This document shows positions 34,750-48,559 of a stretch of DNA of 64,000 nucleotides, piece by piece; within the stretch, counting starts at the first letter, position 1, and the number at the start of each line of letters is the position of its first letter. The stretch spans positions 73,842,001-73,906,000 of the forward strand of contig OZ320321.1 in assembly GCA_976226885.1 (NCBI GenBank). The letters run 5' to 3'. The stretch comes from Iphione sp. A-MEVVRFRX5. Taxonomy: Eukaryota. The notes under the pieces are model-generated. The model had not been told where the DNA came from. It saw only the letters and a program-made list of their open reading frames with translations, and searched no databases. The position numbers were made by a program, and so were the translations under genes.

Positions 34750-37700
34750 TCTCTTGGTGATACAGGCTGCAGGCATGGCCAGGGTTTATCACCAACATCA
34801 TGCAGTATGAGAGCTCAGTCATGTTATGTGTCAGGATTCAACACAAGATACTCAGGTCGGACACGATGCTCAATATAATTTATTTCATGGCAGGGCAGAT
34901 ACATAATGCGGACTTGAGGGTTCTAACACTCTGGTTATGATACTCCCCTATATAGCAGTGGACACGAGCAGGGCATTGGTCTTGAGACAAAAAACCTTCC
35001 GTTAAGCCATTCCTTTGCCATCAACTGATTTGTCATTAAGATGGCTTTGCCACACTGTTAAGGTTAAAAAGATCTTTTGACCAGCAAATCTGTTTGCTAG
35101 ATGACTTGATTAACTCATTCAAGTCTCTTGGTTGATCAGTGCTCAGCTGTGGTGCAGCTTCCAGCATTGTAGAGCTGCTTTCCTTCTTGATCTTACCCTC
35201 CTCTTTTAACTGCTTGGAGACCTACATAGTGCCACCACACTATGTAACCCTACGTGTAATATTGTCAGGTTGTATTTCACAGTTGATGTTTCTGGCAGTA
35301 CCGTCAGCACATCTTCCAGGTCCATACTGTACACTGCTGTGCATGATATATAATAGTTCTCTTTGCTCATCAGTGATATACTGCACTCTTGGGATCGGAT
35401 CATTTTGATCTAGTGCAGTGTATTTCACTATTTGCATGCTCATGTGAATAAAATACACACATTGCATAAAGTTCACTTCGGCCTGTTCTCCAACAATTGT
35501 CCCCTGATGTTCAATCGTTAATCCTATGCCAAATTTTAATCACAGTAAGCCTATAACCAGGTACATAATGTTATATCAATAGCACTTGTGCTACAGCATT
35601 ATCTTAATAATGCATAACGTTATTTCACTTACCACCTTGTGTTGCACTAGGCCAGAGGTGCTCCGGCATTTCTTCCACTTGTGTTTGATTCATGATTGAA
35701 GAGGTCTCTGCATCCAACATGGCCAGGGCAACCTGGAACTCATTGCCTTCAGATCGAATGATTGGTTGTGAATCGTGATGCTCCAGCATCTGCCGCCAGC
35801 GATCGTGACATTGTCAGACATAGCAACAAGCATGCATCACACAGGGGGTTGGGGAAGGGGTGAGTAAGGTACACAAATTGGCCACACCATTACACAAGGA
35901 CGGGTACCAAAGCTACATGAAAATTGGCCACACCATTACACAAGGACGGGTACCCATGCCAAAACTGAATTAGTCTGTTCATTACAAGATCTACAACTAC
36001 ATCCAATGCTACACTTGTATCACAACAACATGTTACACAACACAGCCAATGACTGAAACTTTTACTCACTCTGAAATCGCACCTATACAGTTGCTAACTG
36101 AGGGTGATGCATGGCAACTGATGTGCCCTCGGTTGCTGTGCTCTCAGATGCCGCCGGTGTCACTGTTATTTGTGGCATGGTTTGTGTTATGTCAGCTTGA
36201 TCCTGAGAGGAAACAAGACATGCTCTGTCAAACATTTTTTGTAACATGTGGTTGTCATTCTGGCAAGCACTCATAACACAGTGAATATCAGCACACCAGA
36301 AAATGATTACACGTTTGCAAAGTCATTCGAGCAAGTACCACATTACAGGTAGGTTACTTACATGTCCGCGTGAGGGAAGAGATCTGGTAAAAATGGGTGA
36401 AGGCAGCCCAAGTAGTCCACTGGTGGTGGCTTTAGGCAGGGTACCAGTGGGGTGAGATGGAGCATCTCTTGTCGGCTCAGATGGCTGCCAACCAAGTAGC
36501 TTTATATAGGTAACAGGCTACCCAGCAAACGTATACCGTTTTCAAAAGATTTCGAAAAGGTTTTCATAAAATGCTTTCGAAATTGTTAAATGTTTTCACA
36601 ATGTTATGAAAAGGTTTTGAAAAAGTTCCTAATACGATATTGTGAAACATTTTTACAATATTTTTGAAATGTTTTCTAAAGGTTTTGAAAAGGTAAAAGA
36701 ACAGAAGGTCAGGAGTGATGACATTTACACAGCTAATAAGAGGCAGACCCCCTGAACTCATAAAATAATCCATTGATGACATGCCAAACAACATCACACA
36801 CAATACATATTACTAACTGGTGCCTGAAAGTAGTACGGCCATGGGGACAGCTATGGGGAGTTTGTGTTGATAGTTTTTAAAGAATAATATCTAATGGTAT
36901 GTGTTTCTTTTCAAAAAAGATATATAAGAAAATATCCCAAAAGTTGTGTCAATTGGGACTACTTTTTCAATTAGGTGTATCCCTACACTGGTGTTCTGTG
37001 TGCATGGAAGTCTGTACTTTGACCTCCCCCACACCCAACATAGGGTGGGGGGAGATGCCAATAAACCTCCAGCCACTGAGGTCGACAAAGGTGCTTGTAA
37101 TGTGTAAAAAATATTAGAAATACAAACACCAAACTGTGCTACTCATCTCAACCCTGACAACGAAGTCCCTTTTTATAGGTGATACGCTAGCTGTAGAGAG
37201 CTGTCCTCTTTCATTTTAGTATATAGTGGGTTACATACCTCTTCACATAGAGGAAGCCGCCTGATTGCAAGCAGTGGGCTATGAGTGGGGCGTGCCTCCT
37301 CTCTCTGTGGGTGTTGGTCTGTAGCACAATGTGGTAATAGGTGATCATGTGTCATTAGGTTCAATGTTCTCTGAACACGTGAATATTGGTTTAAACGTAT
37401 AACATACACCCCACAACAAAAAGTAACATTATGTTAGTGAGATAATGCTACATCTTAGAAATGATGTATAGCATTATGTATAGTACTCAGCATTATGTTA
37501 TGTACAGTGAGTACTATAAGTAAAGCCTACTACAAAGTAACATAATTTTCCCATAGGAACTTGTGTTCTCATGCAGATCTTTGTATCAGTGTTGAATGCA
37601 AACAGACTTCTTATTAAAGCCATTGTATTTTGTGTTCAGTCACTATGTGAATAAAGTGGATCGTATTATTGATACCTTGAGAGACCCTATTTTATGACTC

Positions 37701-38585
37701 ATTGTATTGTGACATGTGAAGAATTCACATGTCACAAAACAATCTCAGGTCAATGTCAATAGAATGGCAATATCAGGTCCCCTCCCTCCTTCCCCTTCTC
37801 TTCTCTCCCTCACTTTCTCCCATCTTTTGTTCCCCTCCTCTCTCACTCCTCTTTCGCTCAACCTCGTGGGACTTAGCACTGGTGGACCCTAGACTTGCCA
37901 CCATACTCCTCCTTATCTACTTTTGATTCTCCCCTCTCCTCCTCCCCCCCTCCCTTCTACTCTCTCCCCCTCTCTTCCTCCCCCCCTCTCACCTTCTCTT
38001 ATCACATAATTCACATCTGTCTGGCATGGTAGGTCATGCGTAGAGGTCGCTGCATCCATCGTGGCCCGTACATTGTGAAGGCGCACTGATACGACAAGAT
38101 CGCCCACATCGTGGCCCGAAATGGGGCCGACATTGGGGGTGTTTTGTCGCTGCCTTATTTCCGTCATGGTGCACCCTTCCCAAGTTCCTGCCTCAGCTGC
38201 ATATAGACATTGACATTGTCAGACATGGCAACAAGCATGCATCTACCAGGGGGGTGGGGAAGGGGTGAGTAAGGTACACAAATTAGCCACACCATTACAC
38301 AAGGACGGGTACCCAACCTACGTTATGAGTACCATGCATATGACGAAACTTTTCATGTCCATGCCCAAACTCAATTAGTCCATTCATTAAAAGATCTACA
38401 ACTACATCCAATATGTGAGCAGAAAGTTTTGCAGAGGAAATTGCACAATGCTTACTGGGAATATGTGCTACACTTGTATCATGACAACATGTTACAACAC
38501 AGCCAATCAGTGAAAGTTTTACTCACTCTAGAAGCTCACGTGTACAGTTGCTGACCGAGGAGGGTACACGGCAACTGAGTCTGTC
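34750..38585 (-). pseudogene. Multi-exon gene-like unit of unknown product (best-preserved copy of the module array)
   Basis: GT-AG-bounded modules of 80 nt (37239-37318), 123 nt (36362-36484) and 190 nt (36070-36259) have compatible phases. Confidence 0.55.
36525..36700. mobile_element. AT-rich DNA-transposon end fragment beginning TACCCAGCAAAC
   Basis: CCCAGCAAAC start followed by ttttcaaaag/gttttgaaaa low-complexity repeats; also at ~43749 and ~46278. No matching opposite end was found. Confidence 0.35.
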
Positions 38586-39420
38586 CCTTGGAGAACGTGA
38601 CACCATGATCGGCAGTAGACTCTGCATGGAGGTAAGTTAGGAACCTCGAATTGTTACTACTTATGGTAGAGTTCGTGATCTCAACCGAATTTGTGCCATT
38701 GTCCACATTCCTCACACTATTTGTGCAAAAGGTTAGATTATCCAGTGGGCATTTAGACAATTTCGCAAGCTCCGATAGCATGAGACGGGTCAGCTTGACC
38801 ATTGGATTCAAAATGGCATCCTTCTCTGACAGCTGTAGTGAGCAGCCAAGATCTTTAGAGGTCTGAGGCAGATTATCTGCATTGTCTTCAGTCCTAAACG
38901 TGGTTCCAGAATGCGTAGTAGAGAGTTAAATGACAACTGTCATTTGTAGGGAGTTTGTGGCGACCCATACCACATTTCTTCGCCATAACCGGGAGAGCGT
39001 TTGTCAGACACGTCTACTCGTCCGCCATGTTGTGCACCTACTGCTGAGTATGGCTACCTTGTGGGTTTCCATCATGTTGACCCTGTGGGGTATGGCTTCC
39101 CTTTGGAGTATGGATTCCCTGTGGGGTATTGCTTCCATAATGTTGACCCTGTGGGGTATGGCTTCCCTGTGGAGTATGGATTCCCTGTGGGGTATGGCTT
39201 CCATCATGTTGACCCTGTTGGGTATGGCTGCCTTGTGGGTTTTGATCTTGTGGACCCTGTTGGTTATGGCTGCCTTGTGGGTTTCGATCTTGTGGACCTG
39301 CTGCTAGATGGTCCTCAAATACTTCTGCTGCTTCAGATGGCAATCGTTCAACAGACATCTTTCTTTTCCTGGCAGTGTGTTCCTGTCTTCCTGGCGTGTT
39401 CGGAGTGCAATGAGGGGAAT
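38586..39420 (-). mobile_element. Duplicated 5' end of element A
   Basis: Near-identical to ~29928-30738 with the same 5' junction (gaatg|aaaatacattcaagg), so it was copied with its flank rather than retrotransposed. Confidence 0.9.
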
Positions 39421-40454
39421 GAAAATACATTCAAGGTCTCCCACACCTCTGACCTCGTGGGACCTAGCACTGGTGGACCCTAGACTTGCCACCATACTCC
39501 TCCTTATCTACTTTTGATTCTCCCCTCTCCTCCTCCCCCCTCCCTTCTACTCTCTCCCCTTCTCTTTTCTCTCCCTCTCCTCTCCCTTTCCCTCTCCATC
39601 CCCCCTTATCTCTCTCCCTCTTGTTTTCACTCTCTCCCTGTCTCCCTCTCCCTTCTCCCTCTCCCCATCCCTCACTTTCTCCCTCTCTTCTGCCACTCTT
39701 CTGCTCTCTCTCCCTCTCCTTAATACTCTCACTCTATCCCTTTCATTCCCCCTCTTTCTCCTCTTTCTCTCTTCGCAGCCTCGTTGTATGCCAAATTTTA
39801 ACCACAGTAAGCCTGTAGCCAGGTACATAACGTTATATAAATACCACTTGCGCTACAGCATTCTTAATCTCATGTTATTTCACACATACCAAGCAACATA
39901 CACTCCAGAGTTTCTGCCACAGTTTCTGCCACATCATGTGTCCTGTCGTGTGTAGAGGTCTCTGCATCCTTCGTGGCTCATACAACCTGAGAGGAGGCAA
40001 TTTGCCGCCAGTGACCATCTTGAATGCAGACTGATGGGACAAGCTGGTGCGACACGCGGCCAACGTCGGGGGCGTTTTGTTGCTGCCTCATTTCCATCAC
40101 AGCGTAGCCTTGCCAAGTTCCCGCCTCAGCTGCATATAGACATTGACAACAAGCATGCATCACCCAGGGGGTTGGGGAAGGGGTGAGTAAGGTACACAAA
40201 TTGGCCACACCATTACACAAGGATGGGTACCCAAGCTATATTACAAGTACTATGCATGTTACGAAATTTTTCATGCCCATGCCCAAACTGAGTTAGTACG
40301 TTCATTACAAGATCTATGACTACATTCAATGCTACACTCTATTTTACACAACAAAGCTAAAAAGTTTTACTCACTCTGATATCACACCTGCACAGTTGCC
40401 AACCGAGGGTGGTGCATGGCAACTGACGTGCCCTCCTTGGTTGCTGCGCTCTCA

Positions 40455-43400
40455 GACAGTCCTGCTCTGTCGGCTGGTTTTTTGTCAAGTACTGTTCTCT
40501 CTTTGAGTTCTTTTTTCAAACTGTCCTGGCTGATCAGAGCTCAGTTCTTTGGCAACTTCAAACATTGATGCACTGCTGCTTGACGTACAGGGTACTGAAG
40601 CTAACAAGTGCTTCTGGCAACCAAGATTTCGAATCGATGAGTGATGATATTCTGGCAAAGAACTCTCTCTACAAGCATATGGACAAAAGACGGAAAGCTG
40701 TATTGTAGTACTCTCAACAATAGTCCCCCCTCATGCAAGAAATGTGGACATCACAAAGGATCATGAGTTCAGGCAGGCCAATCTAACTTATTACGTTTAG
40801 GTATCTAAAATTTGAAAAGATGGATTTGCCCATAAATCTGATAGAGGAGGGAGATATAAAAAGTTATGATCGATACTGTACTTACGATGTCTCACAATGA
40901 ATGTGAAAAAATGCGTAAAGGTTGCAGGGAGGATGAGGAAGACACTGAAAAAAGCTAAAATTGTGGAACCTAGACCAATTAAAATATTCAAACATCAAAT
41001 ACAAGACAGTAACTCAACTGCATTATGCTTAAACATCAAAGATAAATTCACATTTCATACTATTGGGACAAAAAGTGGAGTTTGATGATATAAGTTAGGG
41101 AAGATTTCACAGAATGTAAACAGAAATTCCGTCTTGTCTTGTTTTGGAAAAGAAACTATGCATAAAACTAATGTGAATTTGAATGTGTGCCAACCCCCAG
41201 AGAAAAGTGATGCTGTTGCATAATGCTCAAGTCAGTCGAGTGTAATTCAAACAAAGCAGAATGTAGAAGTAATGCTGCAGGGACCTTGAAATATTTGTTC
41301 CAAGGTGCTGTGATGAACAATTGTACTGTTAATATATTTCTCTACATAGAAAACCTCATTGTATTGGACTCATCCATGAATATGACATGTAAACTTTTGT
41401 GCTATTTTGAACTCGATATGCCTTGATATTGCATGAAATGTTAATAATCTTTAAAACTACTTTCTCTTGGTGATACAGGCCGCAGGCATGGCCAGGGTTT
41501 ATCACCAACATCATGCAGTATGAGAGCTCAGTCATGTTATGTGTCAGGATTCAACACAAGATACTCAGGTCGGACACGATGCTCAATATAATTTATTTCA
41601 TGGCAGGGCAGATACATAATGCGGACTTGGGGGTTCTAACACTCTGGTTATGATACTCCCCTATATAGCAGTGGACACGAGCAGGGCATTGGTCTTGAGA
41701 CAAAAAACCTTCCGTTAAGCCATTCCTTTGCCATCAACTGATTTGTCATTAAGATGGCTTTGCCACACTGTCAAGGTTAAGAGTTCTTTTTGTCTTTTGA
41801 CCAGCAAATCTGTTTGCTAGATGACTTGATTAACTCATTGAAGTCTCTTGGTTGATCAGTGCTCAGCTGTGGTGCAGCTTCCAGCATCGTAGAGCTGCTT
41901 TCCTTCTTGATCTTACCCTCCTCTTTTAACTGCTTGGAGACTTACGTAGTGCCACCACACTATGTAACCCTACGTGTAATATTTTCAGGTTATATTTCAC
42001 AGTTGATGTTTCTGGCAGTACCGTACACTGCTGTGCATGATATGTGATAGCTCTTTGCTCATCAGTGATATACTGCACTCTTGGGATCAGATCATTTTGA
42101 TCTAGTGCAGTGTATTTCACTATTTGCATGCTCATGTGAATAAAATACACACATTGCATAAAGTTCACTTCGGCCTGTTCTCCAACAATTGTCCCCTGAT
42201 GTTCAATAGTTAATTCTATGCCAAATTTTAATCACAGCAAGCCTATAACCAGGTACATAATGTTATATCAATAGCACTTGTGCTACAGCATTATCTTAAT
42301 ATTGCATAACGTTATTTCACTTACCACCTTGTGTTGCACTAGGTCAGAGGTGCTCCGGCGTTTCTTCCACTTGTGTCCGATTCATGGTTGAAGAGGTCTC
42401 TGCATCCAACATGGCCAGGGCAACCTGGAACTCATTGCCTTCAGAACGAATGATGGGTTGTGAATAGTGATGCTCCAGCATCTGCCGCCAGTGATTGTGA
42501 ATAGTCATGTCGGTACACAGCTGGCGCGACGTGGGGCCAATATCGGGGGTGTTTTGTTGCTGCCTCAATTCCAACCAAGCACAGCCTTGCCAAGTTCCTG
42601 CCTGAGCTGCATAGTATATAGTGGGTAACTTACCTGTTCCCGGATGGGAAGACGTCTGATCACCAGAAGCCCTGAAGGTAACCTGAGTAGTGGACAGCCA
42701 CTGGTGGTGGCTGCAGGTGGCGTGGTACCAGTGGGGTGGGTAGTGGGCGGTTACTTGCATAAGGACATATTGACATTGTCAGACATAGCAAAAAGCATGC
42801 ATCACACAGGGGGTCGGGGAAGGGGTGACATAATATGTATATTTTTTGTAACATGTGGTTGTCATTCTGGCAAGCACTCATAACACAGTGAATATCAGCA
42901 CACCATAAAATGATTACCCGTTTGCAAAGTCATTCGAGCAAGTACCACATTACAGGTAGGTTACTTACATGTCTGCATGAGGGAAGAGATCTGGTAAAAA
43001 CGGGTGAAGGCAGCCCAAGTAGTCCACTGGTGGTGGCTTTAGGCAGGGTACCAGTGATGTGAGATGGAGCATCTCTTGTCGGCTCAGATGACTGCCAACC
43101 AAGTACACAAATTGGCCACACCATTACACAAGGACGGGTACCCAAGGTACATTAAAATTGGCCACACCATTACACAAGGACGGATACCCATGCCAAAACT
43201 GAATTAGTCTGTTCATTACAAGATCTACAACTACATCCAATGCTACACTTGTATCACAACAACATGTTACACAACACAGCCAATCACTGAAACTTTTACT
43301 CACTCTGAAATCACACCTATACAGTTGCTAACCAAGGATGGTGCATGGCAACTGATGTGCCCTCGGTTGCTGTGCTCTCAGATGCTGCCAGTGTCACTGT

Positions 43401-45900
43401 TATTTGTGGCATGGTTTGTGTATGTCAGCTGGATCCTGAGAGGAAACAAGACATGCTCTGTCAAACATTTTTTGTAACATAGTTGTCATTCTGGCAAGCA
43501 ATCATAACACAGTGAATATCAGCACACCATAAAATGATTACACGTTTGCAAAGTCATTCGAGCAAGTACCACATTACAGGTAGATTACTTACATGTCTGC
43601 GTGAGGGAAGAGATCTGGTAAAAATGGGTGAAGGCAGCCCAAGTAGTCCACTGGTGTTGGCTTTAGGCAGGGTTCCAGTGATGTGAGATGGAGCATCTCT
43701 TGTCGGCTCAGATGACTGCCAACCAAGTAACTTTATATAGGTAACAGGCTACCCAGCAAACGTATAACGTTTTCAAAAGATTTCGAAAAGGTTTTCATAA
43801 AATGCTTTCGAAATTGTTAAATGTTTTCACAATGTTATGAAAAGGTTTTGAAAAAGTTCTTAATACGATATTGTGAAACATTTTTACAACATTTTTGAAA
43901 TGTTTTCAAAAGGTTTTGAAAAGGTAAAAGAACAGAAGGTCAGGAGTGATGACATTTACACAGCTAATAAGAGGCAGACCCCCTGAACTCATAAAATAAT
44001 CCATTGATGACATGCCAAACAACATCACACACAATACATATGTAATTAATAGCCAAGTCATTGTGTGAAGGGAATATCCTACATGACAGTAAGTACCTAC
44101 ACCTATATGCGCATGCATTTTTACACTAACTGGTGCCTGAAAGTAGTACGGCCATGGGGACAGCTATGGGGAGTTTGTGTTGATAGTTTTTAAAGAATAA
44201 TATTATGTGTTTGTATGTGTTTCTTTTCAAAAAAGATATATAAGAAAATATCCCAAAAGTTGTGTCAATTGGGACTACTTTTTCAATTAGGTGTATCCCT
44301 ACACTGGTGTTCTGTGTGCATGGAAGTCTGTACTTTGACCTCCCCCACTCCAACATAGGGTGGGGGGAGGTGGGGGGGGCCAATAAACCTCCAGCCACTG
44401 AGGTCGACAAAGGTGCTTGTAATGTGTAAAAAATAGATATTAGAAATACAAACACCAAACTGTGCTACTCATCTCAACCCTGACAACGAAGTCACTTTTT
44501 ATAGGTGACATGCTAGCTGTAGAGAGCTGTGCTCTTTCATCTTAGTATATAGTGGGTTACATACCTCTTCACATAGAGGAAGCCGCCTGATTGCAAGCAG
44601 TGGGCTATGAGTGGGGCGTGCCTCCTCTCTCTGTGGGTGTTGGTCTGTAGCACAATGTGGTAATAGGTGATCATGTGTCATTAGGTTCAATGTTCTCTGA
44701 ACACGTGAATATTAGTTTAAACGTTGTATAACATACACCCCACAACAAAAAGTAACATTATGTTAGTGAGATAACGCTACATCTTAGAAATGATGTATAG
44801 CGTTATGTATAGTACTCAGCATTATGTTATGTACAGTGAGTACTATAAGTAAAGCCTACTACAAAGTAACATAATTTTCCCATAGGAACTTGTGTTCTCA
44901 TGCAGATCTTTGTATCAGTGTTGAATGCAAACAGACTTATTATTAAAGCCATTGTATTTTGTGTTCAGTCACTGTGAATAAAGTGGATCGTATTATTGAT
45001 ACCTTGAGAGACCCTATTTTATGACTCATTGTATTGTGACATGTGAAGAATTCACATGTCACAATACAATATCAGGTCAATGTCAATAGAATGGCAATCA
45101 GGTCCCCTCCCTCTTTCCCCTTCTCTTCTCTCCCTCACTTTCTCCCATCTTTTGTTCCCCTCCTCTCTCACTCCTCTTTTGCTCAACCTCGTGGGACTTA
45201 GCACTGGTGGTCTCCCCTCTCTTCCTCCCCCCTCCCTTCTACTCTCTCCCCCTCTCTTCCTCCCCCGCCTCTCACCTTCTTCTTATCACAATGTTATTTC
45301 ACACTTACGACTACCCATCAAGTGCTCGGGCGTTTCTTTCACATCTGTCTGGCATGGTAGGTCGTGCATAGAGGTCGCTGCATCCATCGTGGCCCATACA
45401 TTGTGAAGGCGCACTGATACGACAAGATCGCTCACATCGTGGCCCGAAATGGGGCTGACATTTGGGGGTGTTTTGTCGCTGCCTCATTTCCGTCATGGTG
45501 TAGCCTTCCCAAGTTCCCGCCTCAGCTGCATATAGACATTGACATTGTCAGACATGGCAACAAGCATGCATCTTCCAGGGGGGTGGGGAAGGGGTGAGTA
45601 AGGTACACAAATTAGCCACACCATTACACAAGGACGGGTACCCAACCTACGTTACGAGTACCATGCATATGACGAAACTTTTCATGTCCATGCCCAAACT
45701 GAATTAGTCCATTCATTAAAAGATCTACAACTACATCCAATATGTGAGCAGAAAGTTTTGCAAAGGAAATTGCACAATGCTTACTGGGAATATGTGCTAC
45801 ACTTGTATCATGACATCTTACAACACAGCCAATCAGTGAAAGTTTTACTCACTCTGGAAGCTCACGTATACAGTTGCGGACCGAGGAGGGTACACAGCAA
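40455..45900. repeat. Segmental duplication of ~33570-38580 (Crypton remnant plus gene-like modules)
   Basis: Collinear blocks, e.g. ORFs 35139/41859, 37173/44499 and 37729/45056; the second Crypton copy (~40580-41430) is more deleted. Confidence 0.88.
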
Positions 45901-48559
45901 CTGAGTCTGTGCCCTCCTCGGTTGATGCGGGTGTCACTATTATTCGTGGCATTGCAGACCTTTCTGCTGGATCCTGAGAGGAAATGACACATGCTCTGTC
46001 AAACATTCATTTTTCGTAATATGTGGTTTTCATTCTGGCAGGCACTTATAACACAGTAAATATCAGCACACCATCAAATGATTACACATTTGCAAAGTCA
46101 TTTGAGCAAGTACCACATTACAGGTAGGTTGCTTACCTGTCTGCGTGAGGGAAGAGATGGCGGCCTGAGTAGTTCACTGGTGGTGGCTTTAGGTGGCAGT
46201 GTACCAGTGGGGCAAGATGGAGCATTTCTTGTCGGCTCAGATCGCTGACAACCAAGTAACTATATAGGTAACAGGCTACCCAGCAAACATATAATGTTTC
46301 CTAAAGATTTCGAAAAGGTTTTCATAAAATGTTACTGTAAAACGTTTTTACAAGGTTTTTTAAATATTTTCAAAAGGTTTTGAAAAGGTTAAATGTTTTC
46401 GCAATGTTATGAAAAGGTTTTGAAAAGGTTCTTAATATGATATTGTAAAACACTTTTACATTTTTGAAATGATTTCAAAAGGTTTTTAAAAGGTAAAAGG
46501 TTTCAATTTAATAACATTTTTAAAAATCTTGAACAGAAGGTCAGGAGTGATGACAACATTTTACACAGCTAATAAGAGGCAGACTCAAGTGGCCAAATGG
46601 AAAAGAGTGCTGACACCAGCAGGCAATATTTCAGATCATGGAAAAACTCAAATCTGTGCTTTTTGATTTTAGTATATAGTGGATAGTCTGTCAAGAGCTG
46701 TGCTCTTTCATTGTAGTATATAGTGGCTTACTTACCTGTTCATGGAAGGGAAGATGCTTGAGCAGTGGTGGATGACGCCTGAGCAGTGGTGGATGGCCAC
46801 TGGTGGAGGGTTCAGGTGGCGGGGTTCCAGTGGGGTGGGATGTGTGCGACGGCACCTGACAACCAAGTAACTTTTATATACATGACACGCTAGCTGATAG
46901 TCTGTAAATTTTAGTGTATAGTGGATAGTCTGTAAAGAGCTGTCCTCTTTCATTTTAGTATATAGTAGGATGGTCAACATATGCAATAGATCTTCATACA
47001 TTCATAACTACATTGAACATGGCATGGTTTGTGGCATTGCAGACCTTTCTGCTGGATCCTGAGAGGAAACGACATATGCTCTGTCAAACCTTTTTTGTAA
47101 CATGTGGTTTTCATTCTGGCAGGCACTCATAACCCAGTGAATATCAGCACACCATCAAATGATTACACGTTTGCAAAGTCATTCAAGCAAGTACCACATT
47201 ACAGGTAGGTTACTTACCTGTCCGCCTGAGGGAAGAGATCAGGTCTGAACTGGTGAAGGCAGCCTGAGCAGTTGTAGAGGTGTCGGGGTACCAGTGGGGT
47301 GAGAGTGCGATGGTGCATCTCTTGTCGGCTCAGGTGCCTGACAACTAAGTAATTTTATATAGGTGACATTTTCAAAAGATTTGAAAAGGTTTTCATAAAA
47401 TGTTAAATGTTACTGTAAATGTTTTTACAATGTTTTCAAAAGGTTTTCATAAAACGTTATTGTTAAATGTTTTCAGGATGTTTTGGAAAGGTTTTGAAAA
47501 GGTTTTCATAAAATGTTATTGTAAAAATGTTTGAATATTTTCAAAAGGATTTGAAAAGGTAAAACATTTTCAAAACGTAAAACAGAGCTTCATAAAATGT
47601 TATGAAATAACAAGTTTTAATTATATTTTTAAAAAACTTAGGTCAGGAGTGATGACATTTACACAGCTAATAAGAGGCAGACTCTGTGGCCAAATGGATA
47701 AGAGTGCTATCACCACCAGTGATGCAGAGGACATGGTTAAAATCCCCATCAAGGCAATATTTCAGATCATATGTGCTCTTTTTGATATTAGTATATAGTG
47801 GATAGTCTGTAAAGAGCTGTGGTCTTTCATTTTAGTATATAGTGGGTTATTTACCTGTTTGCGGAGAGTAAGCCATCTGATCACAAGCAGTGGGGAAGGA
47901 GTGGGGTGGGATGTGTGTGCCTGTTCCTCCCTGTGTGGGTGTCATTCCTAAGATAACACTAGAGCATACGTCTTTGTGTAGGTGAATACTAAAAATACCT
48001 CCCATTTTTCTTGGCCTGTTTCATTGTTGTTGAACGTGTTTGTCTCCTGTTGATCTGTGGTGGATGGCCACTGGTGGTTGCTTCAAGCATACATCTTTTG
48101 ATTGTGTAGGTAAATACTAAAAATACCTCCATTTTTCTTGGCCTGTTTCATTGTTGTTGAACGTGTTTGTCTCCTGTTGATCTGTGGTGGATGGCCACTG
48201 GTGGTGGCTTCAGGCATCAGTGGTGGATGGCCACTGATGGTGGCTTCAGGCGGCAGGGTACCAGTGGGATGGGCCATGTGCGATGGCGCCTGACAAGCAA
48301 GTAAATTTTATTATATAGATGACACGCTGGCTGATAGTCTGTAAAGAGCTGTGCTTTTTCATTTTAGTATATAGTGGATAGTCTGTAAAGAGCTGTGCTC
48401 TTTCATTTTAGTATAGAGTGGGTTACTTACCTGTTCATTGAGAGTAAGCTTCACAGCCCTTTACATTTTAGTATTATTTATTAAGACATTCTTTATTCTG
48501 GAAATATTCATACTGTCAACCATTCACGAGGTATACAATTTTCAGCTATAATTTGATTT

